From contig NC_058369.1 in assembly GCF_018350175.1 (NCBI RefSeq), forward strand, positions 18,912,001 through 18,976,000: DNA of 64,000 nt, given 5' to 3'. A program made the translations under genes and the position numbers. The stretch comes from Felis catus. Taxonomy: Eukaryota. This document shows positions 49,384 to 61,208 of this stretch, piece after piece. The notes under the pieces are model-generated. The model was not told the origin of the DNA. It ran no database searches and saw only the letters and a program-made list of their open reading frames with translations. Numbering within the stretch: position 1 is the first letter of the stretch; each line of letters begins with the position of its first letter.

Positions 49384-52023
49384 CCCTTGGACTCTCCTGT
49401 GGGCAAACAAAGACATCATCGAGGGTAAGGAGGGAGGTGCTGTTGGCAGGGGTCACTGCTAGTACAGTAACAGTGGTTAGTTAGTACAGGAAAGCACCAG
49501 GACCCAGCTAGCTCAAACCTCTGGGAAATGGGTTCTGAGTATTCCCCTGTAAAAAATGAAGTATGTTGTTCTTTTTCTAAGTAGAAAAGGAAAAATTCAT
49601 TGTACCTATTCATTGTAGAAAACTTGGAAAATAAAAAAGGATAAAGAAAAATGTCACCATTTCCCCACCATTCAGGATCTTTCACTGTTCACATTTTGGT
49701 GTATTTCTTTCCAGTTTTTTTTTTTTTTTTTTTGAATGCACATAAAATGGAATTTTTTTTTTTTTAACAAACTGATAACAGCAGCTAACACTTACTGAGC
49801 ACCAAGGTAGTGTGCTAGGAAGTATAAGTGGACACAGTTATCTAAGCCTGATCACTACACTCTGTGGCAGGTGCTCCTGTCTCAGGCTGGCTCTACAGAT
49901 AAAGGGACTGAGGCTGAAAGAGTAAATGCCTGCCCAATGTCACAACAGGGTGGAAGCTTTGGGAGCTGGCAATTGAAACAATTCTGTATCCTGGTATCTT
50001 TCACTGCACATCCTACCACAAACACTTCCTCATTCAAAACTGAATTGACCAATAGTTCTTTCTGAATACTTAGGCATTTGCAAAGAAAGAGCAAACAAGC
50101 TTGTCTTCAGGCTTGCTTTTTTCTGAGTACACTTTTGTACTTTCTGAATTTGGCACCAGGGCTTGCCTTACAACTATACAGCTGTACAACTATAGACATA
50201 ACAGTTCTCAATGCCCATCTGAATGCCAGGACAGACTCAGTTTCATCTCCCAGTCCTTCTGCAGCCTCAGAGCCAGGTGGAGGTGGCGATGCGTGGATGG
50301 CAAGGATAACAAAGTTGGATGGCTCACCTGGAGTCACCCCTAAGGGCCCCTGAATGGCAGGCTGAAGGAGCCTTCATTTGGCAAGCAAAATACATTCATA
50401 GGGGAGGGGTTCCATTGAGGCACTGATCCTTTCATGAAGAGAAATCTGGGTAGACAGGCGAGAAGGACTGCAAAGACTAGTCAGAGACTCATGAAGAGGT
50501 CATGCGGGCAGGCCAGGGGCCTGGGAGGGACTGGTGTTAGTGTGAGCAAAGTAGACCCTGTCCCTGCCCTTCTAGGACAGAGTCATAGGAAATAACTGAG
50601 GCCTTGTTTCTCAGTAGCTCCGCAACCTTGGGCAAATGACTCTTCCCCGAGCCTAGCATGAAGTAGGTGCTCCAAAATGTTCATGAAGAGTGACCTCAAA
50701 GAGAGAGCATCCCCATCACTCTCATTTGTGTGGTCCCAGGTTGTCCATGTCCAAGAACACCCTCTCAGACTCCTTATCCTCATCCCACCAGAGCTCCTAC
50801 CAGGCAGCTCCTGTATGCACCCAAAGAACTGACTTTCAAGCTCTTTTTTTTGTTTTTTTTTTTTGTTTTTGTTTTTTGGTCATCTTTGTTCTAAGCTATG
50901 GAATCCTTTTTCAAATGCATCGTTTGCAGAAGTTCAACGGGCAAAACAGACAGGGAAGCCTGGTAGCCACTCGTGCACTGAACCTGGAGCATCACAGAAC
51001 AAGTGAAGGTTGGGCACCATTGGCCAACAGCGTCACCCCACTAGAGTAGGACCAAAAAAAGATCATCTGGGAGAACATCGACCTCTGGGGATTTTCTAGG
51101 CCACTAATCCCATCCATTAGGACAGTCAAGAGTGATGGATCCTAGCATGAGTCAGAGCCCAGAGGACCAAGGCATGGGCCACCTTGTCTGACAGAGGGCC
51201 AGAGTAACTAAAAGGCTACTTGCCCTCAACAGCTAGGTTGTTCAGAAAGGTCTGCTCAGAGACAGAGACCGAGACCAAGAGGAGTAATCCCAGACAGGCC
51301 AAAACAAGCACTGTAACACCACAGAGGCTGGGGCAGTGGGTGCTACAGTAACTAGGGCATGCCTAGGTCTTTAGCAGGAAGACACAGGCCACATGAGAAC
51401 CTCATAGAGCATTATTTCACAAGCTAACCTGAAAGTGAGAGTGGGGTCTGCACTGCTATGTGAAGATGGAGTGACTCCAGAGAGATGAGTCTGTGTCCAG
51501 GCAGAGAGAAAGCTGCTACTGACAGTCCCAGGGTTGTGGCCAAGGCTTCTGGACGTGGCTCCCTGGACGGAGACCTGGATTGCTATGTGTTTCTTTCCGG
51601 GAAGTAGGTCCAGAACCATTGATTCAAATTACTATATTTCTATGGAGACTCACTTTCCTGCTCCCTTAGTCAATAAGTTCACACCTCTCTTCTCAAACTT
51701 CCATCACTTCCTTCTCCCACGCTCACTCAGCATGATCCATGATCTCACCGAGGAAACAGAAGTCAGCAAAAGAGAACTTCCAAGATTCCCACCACCACCT
51801 CGCTCACCTGCCAGGCTCTGCTTTCCTTCTTCTCACTGAAGATGAGCTGTCCTTGCTCCACTCGGAGCAAACGCCCCCACTGCAGTCCCTTTCACCCGCA
51901 CAAGCACAAGCACAAGCACATGGCTTCAGCAGCTGTCCCTCTCTCTCCCAGATCATTGGTTTCCCCTTCTCCCCCATCCAGCACCAATATGCTGATGCTT
52001 CCTCCATTTTCAAAACACCTTCC

Positions 52024-52249
52024 GGGGCACCTGGGTGGCTCAGTCGGTTAAGCGTCTGACTTCGGCTCGGGTCCTGATCTCACAGTCAGTGAGTTTGAGT
52101 CCCACATCGGGCTCTGTGCTGACAGCTCAGAGCCTGGAGCCTGCTTTGGATTCTGTGTCTCCCTCTCTCTCGGCTCCTCCCCCACTCACGCTCTGTCTCT
52201 CTCTCTCTCAAAGATGAATAAATGTTAAAAAAAAAAAAATTAAAAAAAA
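52024..52249 (+). mobile_element. Can-SINE
   Basis: ggggcacctgggtggctcagtcggttaagcg head, CT repeat, A tail; TSD aaaacacc. Confidence 0.9.
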
Positions 52250-52829
52250 CACCACCTTACTTTGGGTGTGTTCACTCGTTATAATTCACTGAGCTGTACT
52301 TATGATTTGTGAACTTCATGTTTGTCTTATTTCAATTAAAGAGTTAAAACAACCCCCCACCCCCTTAACTCTACATTCCCCTCTAGGTTCCACCCCATTT
52401 TTTTGCTGCCCTTTATAAAACAGACCTCAAAACAGTAAATAATACTTGGAATATAATTAGTTGGCTAGGCTATGCTGTGTAACAAATGAATGTCAAAATG
52501 GTAGAGGCTTCACACATAAAGGCTTATTTTTTGCTTACACAAAATTTACCTTGGATCTGGTAGTAATTCAGCTCCCTTCCAAGCAGTGATTCAGGAATCC
52601 AGGTTACTAGCATCCCATAGCTCTGCCATCTGGAATACATGCCTTTTCCACATCACTGGGCAGTGGAAGACAGGGCTGGAAGGTCATGTACCAGCTCTTA
52701 AATACTTCAAAGCCCAGATTGGCCAGAAGTAGTCACATGGCCAGAGGGACTGGGAAGTGTGGGGAGCTCACGGGTATCTGGTAATCAAGAAATACATCTG
52801 CCGCAGCCTCTCCACTTCACTCACTTGGG

Positions 52830-52941
52830 TTTTTTTTAAGATTTTATTTTTAGGTAAGCTCTACACCCAATGTAGAGCTCGAACTCACAACTTCAAAATC
52901 AAGAGATGCATGTTCTACTGACTGAGCCAGCAAGGTGCCCC
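52830..52941 (-). mobile_element. Short old carnivore tRNA-SINE
   Basis: T tail...ctcgaactcacaac...actgagccagcaaggtgcccc. Confidence 0.7.
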
Positions 52942-53272
52942 TTTCCCATTCATTCTTGAAGCCACTCCAACTAGACTTGCGCCTCCATCATTCCAGCAAC
53001 ACTGCTCTCATCAAGGTTGCTAGTTGACCTCAGGATCCTCACCTCACTCAGTAGCAGTAATGGATACACACTTGGTGATTTCCTCTCTTAAAACACTTTT
53101 TCTTCTTGGCTTCTGGTACACCACTCTCCTTTCTTGGTTCTCCTCCTACCTCATAGACCATGCCTGCTAAGTCCTTTATGCAGTTCCTCTTACAGTTAGG
53201 GGACCCAGATTTCAGCCCTTGGATCTCTTTTCTGTCTTCATTCAAACCACTGGTGATCTCATTCAGTCTCAT

Positions 53273-53484
53273 GTTTTTGTTTTTGTTTTTAATTTTTTAA
53301 TGTTTATTTTTAGAGGGGAGAAGATGCAGAGAGACAGAGAGACAGAGAGAGTGAGAATCCCAAGCAGGCTCCACACTACCAGTGCAGAGCCCAATGTGGG
53401 GCTCAAACTCATGACTGTGAGATTACGACTTGGGCCAATATCAAGAGTTGGATGCTTAACCGACTAAGCCACCCAGGTGCCCCC
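53273..53484 (-). mobile_element. Can-SINE (older subfamily)
   Basis: Reverse SINE ending ccacccaggtgcccc; TSD cagtctca. Confidence 0.85.
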
Positions 53485-53858
53485 AGTCTCAACTCCATTG
53501 ATACATTAGTGATTAGTGATACGTTGTGATTCCAATTTTTATTTCTAGCCCCAATGTCTCTTCTGACTTCTAGAGTCACACACATTTAACTGTCTACTTC
53601 ATGTCTTACAGTATCTCAAAGTTATATGTCCAAAACTGAGTTCCTGATTGTCCTCTTAAAAACATATTCCTCCCAGAGTTTTCTCCATCTCAGTGAAAGA
53701 CAATGATTTTCAGCAAATCCTGGAGTCATCTCTTTTCCTCACACCCCATATATCGAACCACTAGCAAATCCTGTCACCTGTACTTCTGAATACCCAGCAA
53801 AATGTCTCTCTAGTTAATATTTTCCCTATAGAATTCCTCTTGGTTTTTAATACCCAAC

Positions 53859-54354
53859 TGTGGTAGCCAGCCTTCAAGCCAGTCCCCAATGATCCTCAAC
53901 TTACAGTGTATATGCCTTTGTGTACTCCCCTCCCACACTGAGCAGTTATGTAACCAATAGGATAACGTGAAAATGACAACATGTGATTTCTGAGGCTAGG
54001 TCATAAAAGATACTGTGGCTTCTGCCTTGCTGTCTTGGATCACCCTAGTTGGAGCCATCAGTCATGTTGTGAGGACACTCGAGCAGCTGTCTACAGAGAG
54101 AACCTCAGCAAACTTTGAGACATGCAAATAGCCAGTACCAAATGTGCCAGTCATGTGAGTAATCTTCTAGCCCCTGTCAAGCCTTCAGATGACTTCAACC
54201 TCACAAGAGAAACTGAGCCTGGACCATCCAGCTAAACTGCTCCCAGATTTCTCCCAAATACCAAAGGAACTGCATGAGATAATAAATATTTATTGTTGTT
54301 TTAAGCTGCTAAGTTTTGGAGTAATTTGTTACACTGCAATAAATAACTAATACA
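53859..54354 (+). mobile_element. MLT1 (MaLR) solo LTR, MLT1F-like
   Basis: Begins tgtggtagccagcct, ends ttttggagtaatttgttacactgcaataaataactaataca. Confidence 0.75.
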
Positions 54355-54425
54355 ACAAACTTGTATTGTTTTGGCCTATGTTTATATAGAAAAATGCTAT
54401 TTACTTCATCAAAACTTGATCTATA

Positions 54426-54649
54426 TTTTTTTTTAATTTTTTTTTTCAACGTTTATTTATTTTTGGGACAGAGAGAGACAGAGCATGAATGGGGGAGGGG
54501 CAGAGAGAGAGGGAGACACAGAATCGGAAACAGGCTCCAGGCTCTGAGCCATCAGCCCAGAGCCCGACGCGGGGCTCGAACTCACGGACCGCGAGATCGT
54601 GACCTAGCTGAAGTCGGACGCTTAACCGACTGCGCCACCCAGGTGCCCC
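54426..54649 (-). mobile_element. Young SINEC_Fc-type SINE with perfect TSD
   Basis: CpGs retained; TSD aaaacttgatctatatttt at 54411 and 54651. Confidence 0.93.
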
Positions 54650-54984
54650 AAAAACTTGATCTATATTTTAAACAAGTGATGTACATTTAAGTCCTCAAAT
54701 TACATTCCAAGTTGGATAGAATATCACTCACTAAGTGGCAACAAAATGGGCTTACTTGCATCATGGCTGTTGAAGGTACTGAAAGAGGCCATGATACTGC
54801 ATCAAAGCAGCAAACTTTGGTGGTCAGGAGGGTATGTTTTTCAGCATTTTGTATCCTAACGCTATAACCTACTGGGCATGTATTAGGTATATATTTTCCT
54901 GTGTTTTAGTACCATTTTAGAAAATTGGGGGTTTGTGGTCGATGAGGGAAGCATTATACGTTTTCCCATTTAAAATAATGGTGG

Positions 54985-55420
54985 GGGGAGGCGCCTGGGT
55001 GGCTCAGTTGGTTGGGTGTCCGACTTCAGCTTAGATCATGATCTCATGGTTTGTGGGTTTGGGCCCTGCGTCAGGCTCTGTGCTGACAAGTCGGAGCCTG
55101 GAGCCAGCTTCAGATTCTGTGTCTCCCTCTCTCTCTCTGCCCCTCCCCCTGCTCACACACTCTCTCTCTCTCTCTCAAAAATAAAAACATTTTAAAAAAT
55201 TTTAAATAGTGGAAACAGGGGCACCTGGGTGGCTTAGTCAGTTAATGTCCGACTCTTTGTTTCAGCTCAGGTCATGCATGATCTCATGGTTTCGTGTGTT
55301 TGAGCCCCATGTCAGGGTCTGTGCTGGCAGAATTCTCTCTCTCCCTTTCTTTGCCCCTTCCCCACTCATGTTGTCTCTCTCTCAAAATTAAATAAATAAA
55401 TAAATAGATAGATAATAAAA
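54985..55420 (+). mobile_element. Two adjacent Can-SINEs (~54985-55200 and ~55217-55420)
   Basis: Two heads ggcgcctgggtggctcag / ggggcacctgggtggcttag with CT repeats and A-rich tails. Confidence 0.85.
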
Positions 55421-56319
55421 AGATATGTGAAATAATGGGAAACAGATACTCAGTTAGTGATTCCAGATAATGTCCAACTTTTGTGGAACAGATTACTAAT
55501 GTTAAATGGGAAAAGCCCATATCCAGAATCTGACCACTGCTCATCACCACCACCACCACCACTACCACATTGGTCCAGGCCACCATTACCTCTCTAGGGG
55601 AGTGATGCACCAGCCTTTTAACCAGTCTCCCCACATCTACCTTTGTCCTTGCGCAATATATCCCTCCCACAGGACTCAAAGAGATCCTCTTGAAAAAGGA
55701 AGTCAGGCCGTGTAATTCCCCTGCTCAAAACTCTATAATGGTTCTCACTCATTCAGTGAGACAGCCAATTTCCTCAGAACAGCACACAAAGCCCCACTCT
55801 ACCCCTTCCTTTTATTTCTTTGACTTGATCTCCTTCCCTTTCCCCTGCTCCCTTCACCTCAGCCCAGCCACACTGACCTCATGGCTTTCCTTTAGGATAA
55901 TATAAATGTGAATCCTAAGTACTTCTGCATTTCAGAATTTTGCCCTTGCTGAACTTTCTGCACAGACCACATCTCTCTGCTTTTCACTTTGTCCCTCATT
56001 CACCTGTTCCACTGATGGGGCTAGATATTGACATGACCTACTCTCTCACTTCCTTCCGGTTGCTGCTCAAGTGTTACCTATCAGAGAGGCCTTCCTACAA
56101 TATCCCTGATCTTCCCTGTCTTGCCCTGCTTCATTTTTCTATGAAGCATTTCAAGTTTCAGTATGTCAGCTCCACATGCAGGAGGAGTTTAATCAACATT
56201 TGCCAGATAAATAACTTTGGAAGGGAAAAGGTGAAAGATCCTCAAAGAATATCCAGTTATAATGCAGTCTCTGGAGACCCCTGCCTGTGGAGAAGACTTG
56301 TTTTTGGTAGTAGTCAAGT

Positions 56320-56520
56320 GTTCAAGAACAATGGTCCTAGAATCAGAGGGACTTGGATGGACCTGGTTTGGTTCCATAAGTCTTAGTTTTCTCATCTATA
56401 AAGTGGGGATAATGATAATACCAATTCACTGGGTTGTGGAAGGATTAAATGAGATGTTCATGTAATTTGTTTACCCTGGCACACAGTAAGCACTTGCACA
56501 CTTAATGGCTACTGCCATTA
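56320..56520. mobile_element. MIR SINE
   Basis: Core agttttctcatctataaagtggggataatgataatacc...gttgtggaaggattaaatgagat. Confidence 0.7.
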
Positions 56521-58165
56521 ATATATCATGATTATTTTTACTTAGCATTCAAACCATATGTAGCTGCACTTACACACAAAAAGTGGTCTCTGCCATGTAA
56601 ATCAGTCCTTTGAAAGTTGGCTCACCCTGAGCAAACATGATTATGACCTCATGAAGCCAGGTAGCTTCTGGCCTGAAGTGACCCACCTGTGATGTCCAGC
56701 CAAAGAGATGTCTGTGTGCCTTGGGCTGGGGGTTCCTCCAGGCTTACTGGCTATTCGTTGGGCCTGACATTGCAGGAACAGACCATTGGTTCTCTGCTGC
56801 TCCTGGAAGTTTCTCCCAAGTTGAATCCTTGGTCTGCCACATGCCCCTGCTCTGTGGCCTTGTACCTCTGGTCAAAGACCCAAACACGGTCTACGGCAAC
56901 TTACCCAAGGTCCTGGGGGCCCACTACCCACCGATCCCTTGTGGACTTAGGTGACTGAACCCAGTATGGCTGAGTGGTACTCAGCATGGTAACTATATGG
57001 AATGAGGGCAGGGTCAGCTGGCTGGGGCTAGTGGACGCTTCCTTCACAATAGTTTCCCAGCTACCTGACATCATGTAGCATCTCAACATCTCCAAGGCCA
57101 ATCGGGGGATCCAGCCAGAAGTCCTGATGAAGCAAACAGTTCTCTAGACACTTACTCTGGAAACTAGGCAGCAAACCCCACCCTAGCCCCCACTGGAGCC
57201 ATAAACCTTCATGACAGAAGCTCCTGGGAGGCTGGGCCTGAAGCAGTTAAGCGAGAGAGGTCTCTTGGAACCAGTCCCATATGTGCCCTCAGGGTCCCTT
57301 GTCAGGCAGCCTCTCTAGAAGACCCCAGGGCATGCTACTTTCCCTAGATGTGCTCTGCTGTGCCTACAAGCAATGTCTCCAAACAGGTTGTCTCAGTCAG
57401 CCCTTCTTGTGTGCTTCCCTCCCTCAGGTGCCCACCCTGGAGCAGGCAGAACCTTTAAGAGCCCCTCCCTACTGACTCCTACCACTGTTGTTCCCTCTTC
57501 CTGCTTGGATAGTGCTCCATCCTGCCCTGACCCTTTTGGAGTGGGCTATCTGGGAGGGTGGTGCCAGAATGCACGGGTCTCTGGCAGACAGGGCCCTGGT
57601 GAGGCTATGCTGTAGCTGGTTCAGCAGGATGCCTACTCCGTGAGCATCGCCTGGTACTTGTCACTGCTGGTGGCCACTCCCCTCTCTGACAAAGGCTGCT
57701 CACCCTCCCCCAGCAAACTGGAATCCAGAAACGGTGGCTCACCCAGTACAGGCAGACAGGTTATCTGAGCCAGGGCACCCTTGAGAGCAAAGTCCAAAGC
57801 CCCAGGACACTTCCAGGAGTTGCCCGCTCACCCCACAGTCACCTCTGCAGATCTTTGAAAGGATTCTGCCCGGGGGAGGGGGAAGAGGGGAGCGGAATAT
57901 GTGTGCCTTGAGGGGCGGGTCCTACCAGGCCACTGCCTCCTACAGGACTTTGCTCTCCCAGCCAAAGGAAGGGTTCTGGTCTTCGCCTTTTGTATTCTTC
58001 AGCTGGGGGACAACCGGCTAAGGCACCCCAAAGAGACTAAATCCTCCTATCGCAAGTGAAGCGTAGGTGGCAGGGGCCCCCAGTCTTCAAGCCCCTGGCT
58101 CCAAGGATGACAGCTCTCCAGTTTCTCGGTACCCCCTGGCCACGTGGGTTGGCAGTCGTACTCAC

Positions 58166-58430
58166 CTGTTTCTCCGGGGGGGCCCAGGACGCACAGAGAC
58201 TGCCGGTCACTGCTCTCTGCCGGACCCCCAGGAGGGCACGGGTGTCCGGCCGAGTCCGGCCGGAGGGCGCAGGTCAGACCCTCGGACCCCTGCGGACGCA
58301 GACATGGCCACAGCGCAGGCCACCGCCCCTCCCACCGCCCCTCGCCCAGCAGCCGACCCAGGAAGACAGCCCTCTCCGGCCTCTCGTGGCGGAGGCCTGA
58401 CTCCAGCCGCTCTGCCTCTGGCCCTACCCG
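58166..58430 (-). other. MON1A: MON1A exon 1 (5'UTR; start approximate)
   Basis: CpG-rich; donor AACAG|GTGAGT at 58165. Confidence 0.75.
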
Positions 58431-58437
58431 CCCCGGG

Positions 58438-58458
58438 GTGCATTGTGGGAAATGTAGT
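58438..58458 (-). promoter_or_regulatory. ZNF143/THAP11-type SBS motif in MON1A CpG-island promoter
   Basis: Minus strand ACTACATTTCCCACAATGCAC; GC boxes at ~58489 and ~58523. Confidence 0.75.
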
Positions 58459-58865
58459 CGGCGCTCACCGCTGCCTGCGGCACTCTGAGGCGGGGCTGGG
58501 CGCCCGGTCCCGGCAAAGTCGAGGGCGGGGCGTCACCCGGAGCAGGATTTGTCTCATCCGGAACCACCTTCTCCAGCGTCGAGCCTGGTCCAAATGCCTC
58601 CTTGGAGCCCAAAGGCCAGGGTGGACCGTAGGCCCAGACTCCCTGGCCCGTCCGCCCTGGCCATCTAGAGGTTTATTTCAAGGCAGAGTAAGACACTTTG
58701 GGATTGTTTCCTCTATTGATTGTGGAAGGGCAGTGCAAGTTTGGGAACTGGATAAATGTTATTAGTGACTCTAGCTACGCTGGTTGCAAAGGATGTAGGC
58801 ACACCAATTGTTGCTGAAGACGTCCTTTTAGCCACGTTTTAATATTATCAGTATGAGGCTCTAAA

Positions 58866-59038
58866 ACAGTTCTCAGCTTTGCACATAGAATGACCTGGGG
58901 AAATTTAAAAAATCACTAATGCTTAGAGATTTTGATTACTCCCAGAGAATTCGATTTAATTGAACTGGGATGGGACTCAGGCATTGGTATCTTTTTACAA
59001 GCTTCCCAGGTGATGTGCCAGGGCAAGGAACGATTGCT
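58866..59038. mobile_element. MER5A-like hAT DNA transposon relic
   Basis: cagttctca...cacatagaatgacctggggaa...tttaattg..ctggg.tggg...caggcat...cccaggtgat. Confidence 0.6.
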
Positions 59039-59107
59039 ATGGGCATTTGTAATGTCCTAGACACAAAACAATACAAACGACAGGAAAACATAAAGCTTTT
59101 CCAAACA

Positions 59108-59515
59108 ATTTTTTTTTAAGTTTATTTTTATTTATTTTGAGAGAGCAAGCTGGGGAGGGGCAGAGAGAGAGGGAGGCAGAATCCCAAGCAGGCTCCACAC
59201 CTTGAAATCAGGAACTGTGAGATCATGACCTGAGCCGATGTCAAGAGTCAGTTGCTTAACCGACTGAGGCACCCAGGTGCCCCCCCCAAACAATTTTATT
59301 CTTTTTTTTTTTTAACTTCTTTAAATTTATTTTTGAGAGACACAAACAGAGCATGAATGGGGGAGGAGCAGAGAAAGAGGGAGACACAATCTGAAGCAGG
59401 CTCCAGGCTCTGAGCTGTCAGCACAGAGCTCGATGTGGGGCTTGAACCCACAAACTGTGAGGTCATGAGGAGCTGAAGTTGGAGGCTCAACCGGACTGAG
59501 CCAGCCAGGCACCCC
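59108..59515 (-). mobile_element. Two tandem reverse-strand Can-SINEs (~59108-59285 and ~59300-59515)
   Basis: Both end in ...aggtgcccc / ...aggcacccc; target sequence aaacaatttt occurs three times. Confidence 0.85.
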
Positions 59516-60177
59516 AAAACAATTTTATTCTTAAAGATCAGTTTAAGGAAGTAAAATCAGAGATTAACAAAAATACTGCTCATGTTTTCTCTGAAGAGAA
59601 ATCACTTTATAGCTTTTCTGGTTAATTTCCCCAATAGTTTTAGGATGAAGGAAAAAGTCTGAAATCACTCCTTTGATTCTCTCTGCTGCTTGGAGCACCC
59701 CAATGCAGTATCCTGTCTCCATCTCAGCCCTACACTGGAATTGGGAAAGCTCTGCCCCTGAGCTTCTCTTGTGGTCTCAGATGGCTGTTACCTGGAGCCT
59801 ACCTCCACAACAGTGGTCTATGACTGAAATGGTGACAAAGCTGTAGCCTTTTACTGGAGATGGCTTTGCACAGGGCTGAGACCCTCGCATATAATTTAAG
59901 GGAAGACTTCTCCTCCCTTTTAGGTTAAGAAAATGTGAGAAAATGTCCAATTCCTTCACTATCTATTCCCCCTGGAAAGGAGAGTGGAAGAGGAAAGAGG
60001 AATTTCTCCAGGTCATCACTGGTCACTCAGTATTTTCAGTCCTCACTACCTCAGGAGTTCAGGCTCCCTCACTTAGAATAAATACCATTTATACAGTTTG
60101 GCTGTCATGAATCCCATCACATTAGTTGTGATGAGTTGTGAGAACAAATTGTGTGAACTTGTAAGAGTTCAAGCCAT

Positions 60178-60292
60178 GGGGTGCCTTGCTGCCTCAGCTG
60201 GTAGAACATGCGACTCTTGATCTCAGGGTTGTGAGTTCAAGCCCCACATTGCGTGTAGAGTCTACTTTAAAATTTTTTAAATTTAATTTAAA
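60178..60292 (+). mobile_element. Short old carnivore tRNA-SINE
   Basis: ggggtgcc..gctg.ctcag.tggtaga.catgcgactcttgatctcagggttgtgagttcaagcccc; TSD agagtt(c/a)aagcca. Confidence 0.75.
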
Positions 60293-60541
60293 GAAAGAGA
60301 GTTAAAGCCAAGAAGATGTCATATTCTCTCATTGGTGCAGAAGTATCCTGGCTATATCCCATTAACTAGAAACTGTCCTCCATAGAATTGATCTTCATAG
60401 AAGACAGATTTAAAGTTTCCTAACATACCTACCCAGTCTCTTCAATAGTCTGTAGGGTGACCTCAGGTTTTTTTCTAGAGTCTCACTCTTGCTTTCAAGA
60501 ACATCAGCTCCACCAGACAGCACCACTGTCATTAGGAAGTA

Positions 60542-61208
60542 CAGCTGACCCTTGAACAACAGGTGTTTTATTATATGCAAATCCATTTATATGCAGATGT
60601 TTTTCAATAAGTATATTGGAAAATTTTGGGGGGATTTGTGACAATTCGAAAAAACTTGCAAATGAACCATGTGGCCTAGAAGTATAAAAAAATTAAGAAG
60701 TTAGGTATGTCATGAATGCATAAAATATATATACATACTAATCCATCTTGCCATTTATTACCATAAAAATATACAAATTATAAAAAGTCAAAATTTATTA
60801 ACTCCCTCCCACACAAATACTTACAGACTGTATGTACATGGTGCCATTTGCAGTCAGAAATGTAAACAAGAATAAAGATGTAGTATTAAATCTTAACTGC
60901 ATACAATTTACTATAGAACATACTGTTCTACTGTGATAATTAGTTAGCCAACTCCTGCTGCTTTTGTGGTGAGCTTGTGTTGCTAGTATCCACTTAAAAC
61001 CCCATGCGATGCTAATCATCTCCTTGTGAGCAGTTAGTCTCTGGTAAATTGCTTATCACAGTAAAAAGTGACTGACCTCTCATGGTCCTCACCATTAAGT
61101 AGTTAAGTTTTGGGGGAGTCCAAAGTTTTACGTGGATTTTCAACTCCACAGGTAGGGGGTGGGAGTGGAATTGGTGCCCCAACCCCTACGCTGTTCAGGG
61201 GTCAACTG
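60542..61208. mobile_element. Tigger2-family (TcMar) internally deleted DNA transposon
   Basis: TIRs cagctgacccttgaaca / tgttcaggggtcaactg, each flanked by TA. Confidence 0.85.

Larger units (their letters stand above)
51640..53800 (+). mobile_element. Fragmented L2 LINE interrupted by SINEs and an MLT1-like LTR (~52455-52790)
   Basis: L2 ORF2/3' phrases (cactgaagatgagctgtcc, ctgctctcatcaaggt, cttggcttc.gg.acaccactctc, catatgtccaaaactga, cctggagtcatc); approximate. Confidence 0.5.

Noticed and set aside
58056..58765. 232-aa + strand ORF at the MON1A promoter
   Set aside because: CpG-island artefact with a GTG start
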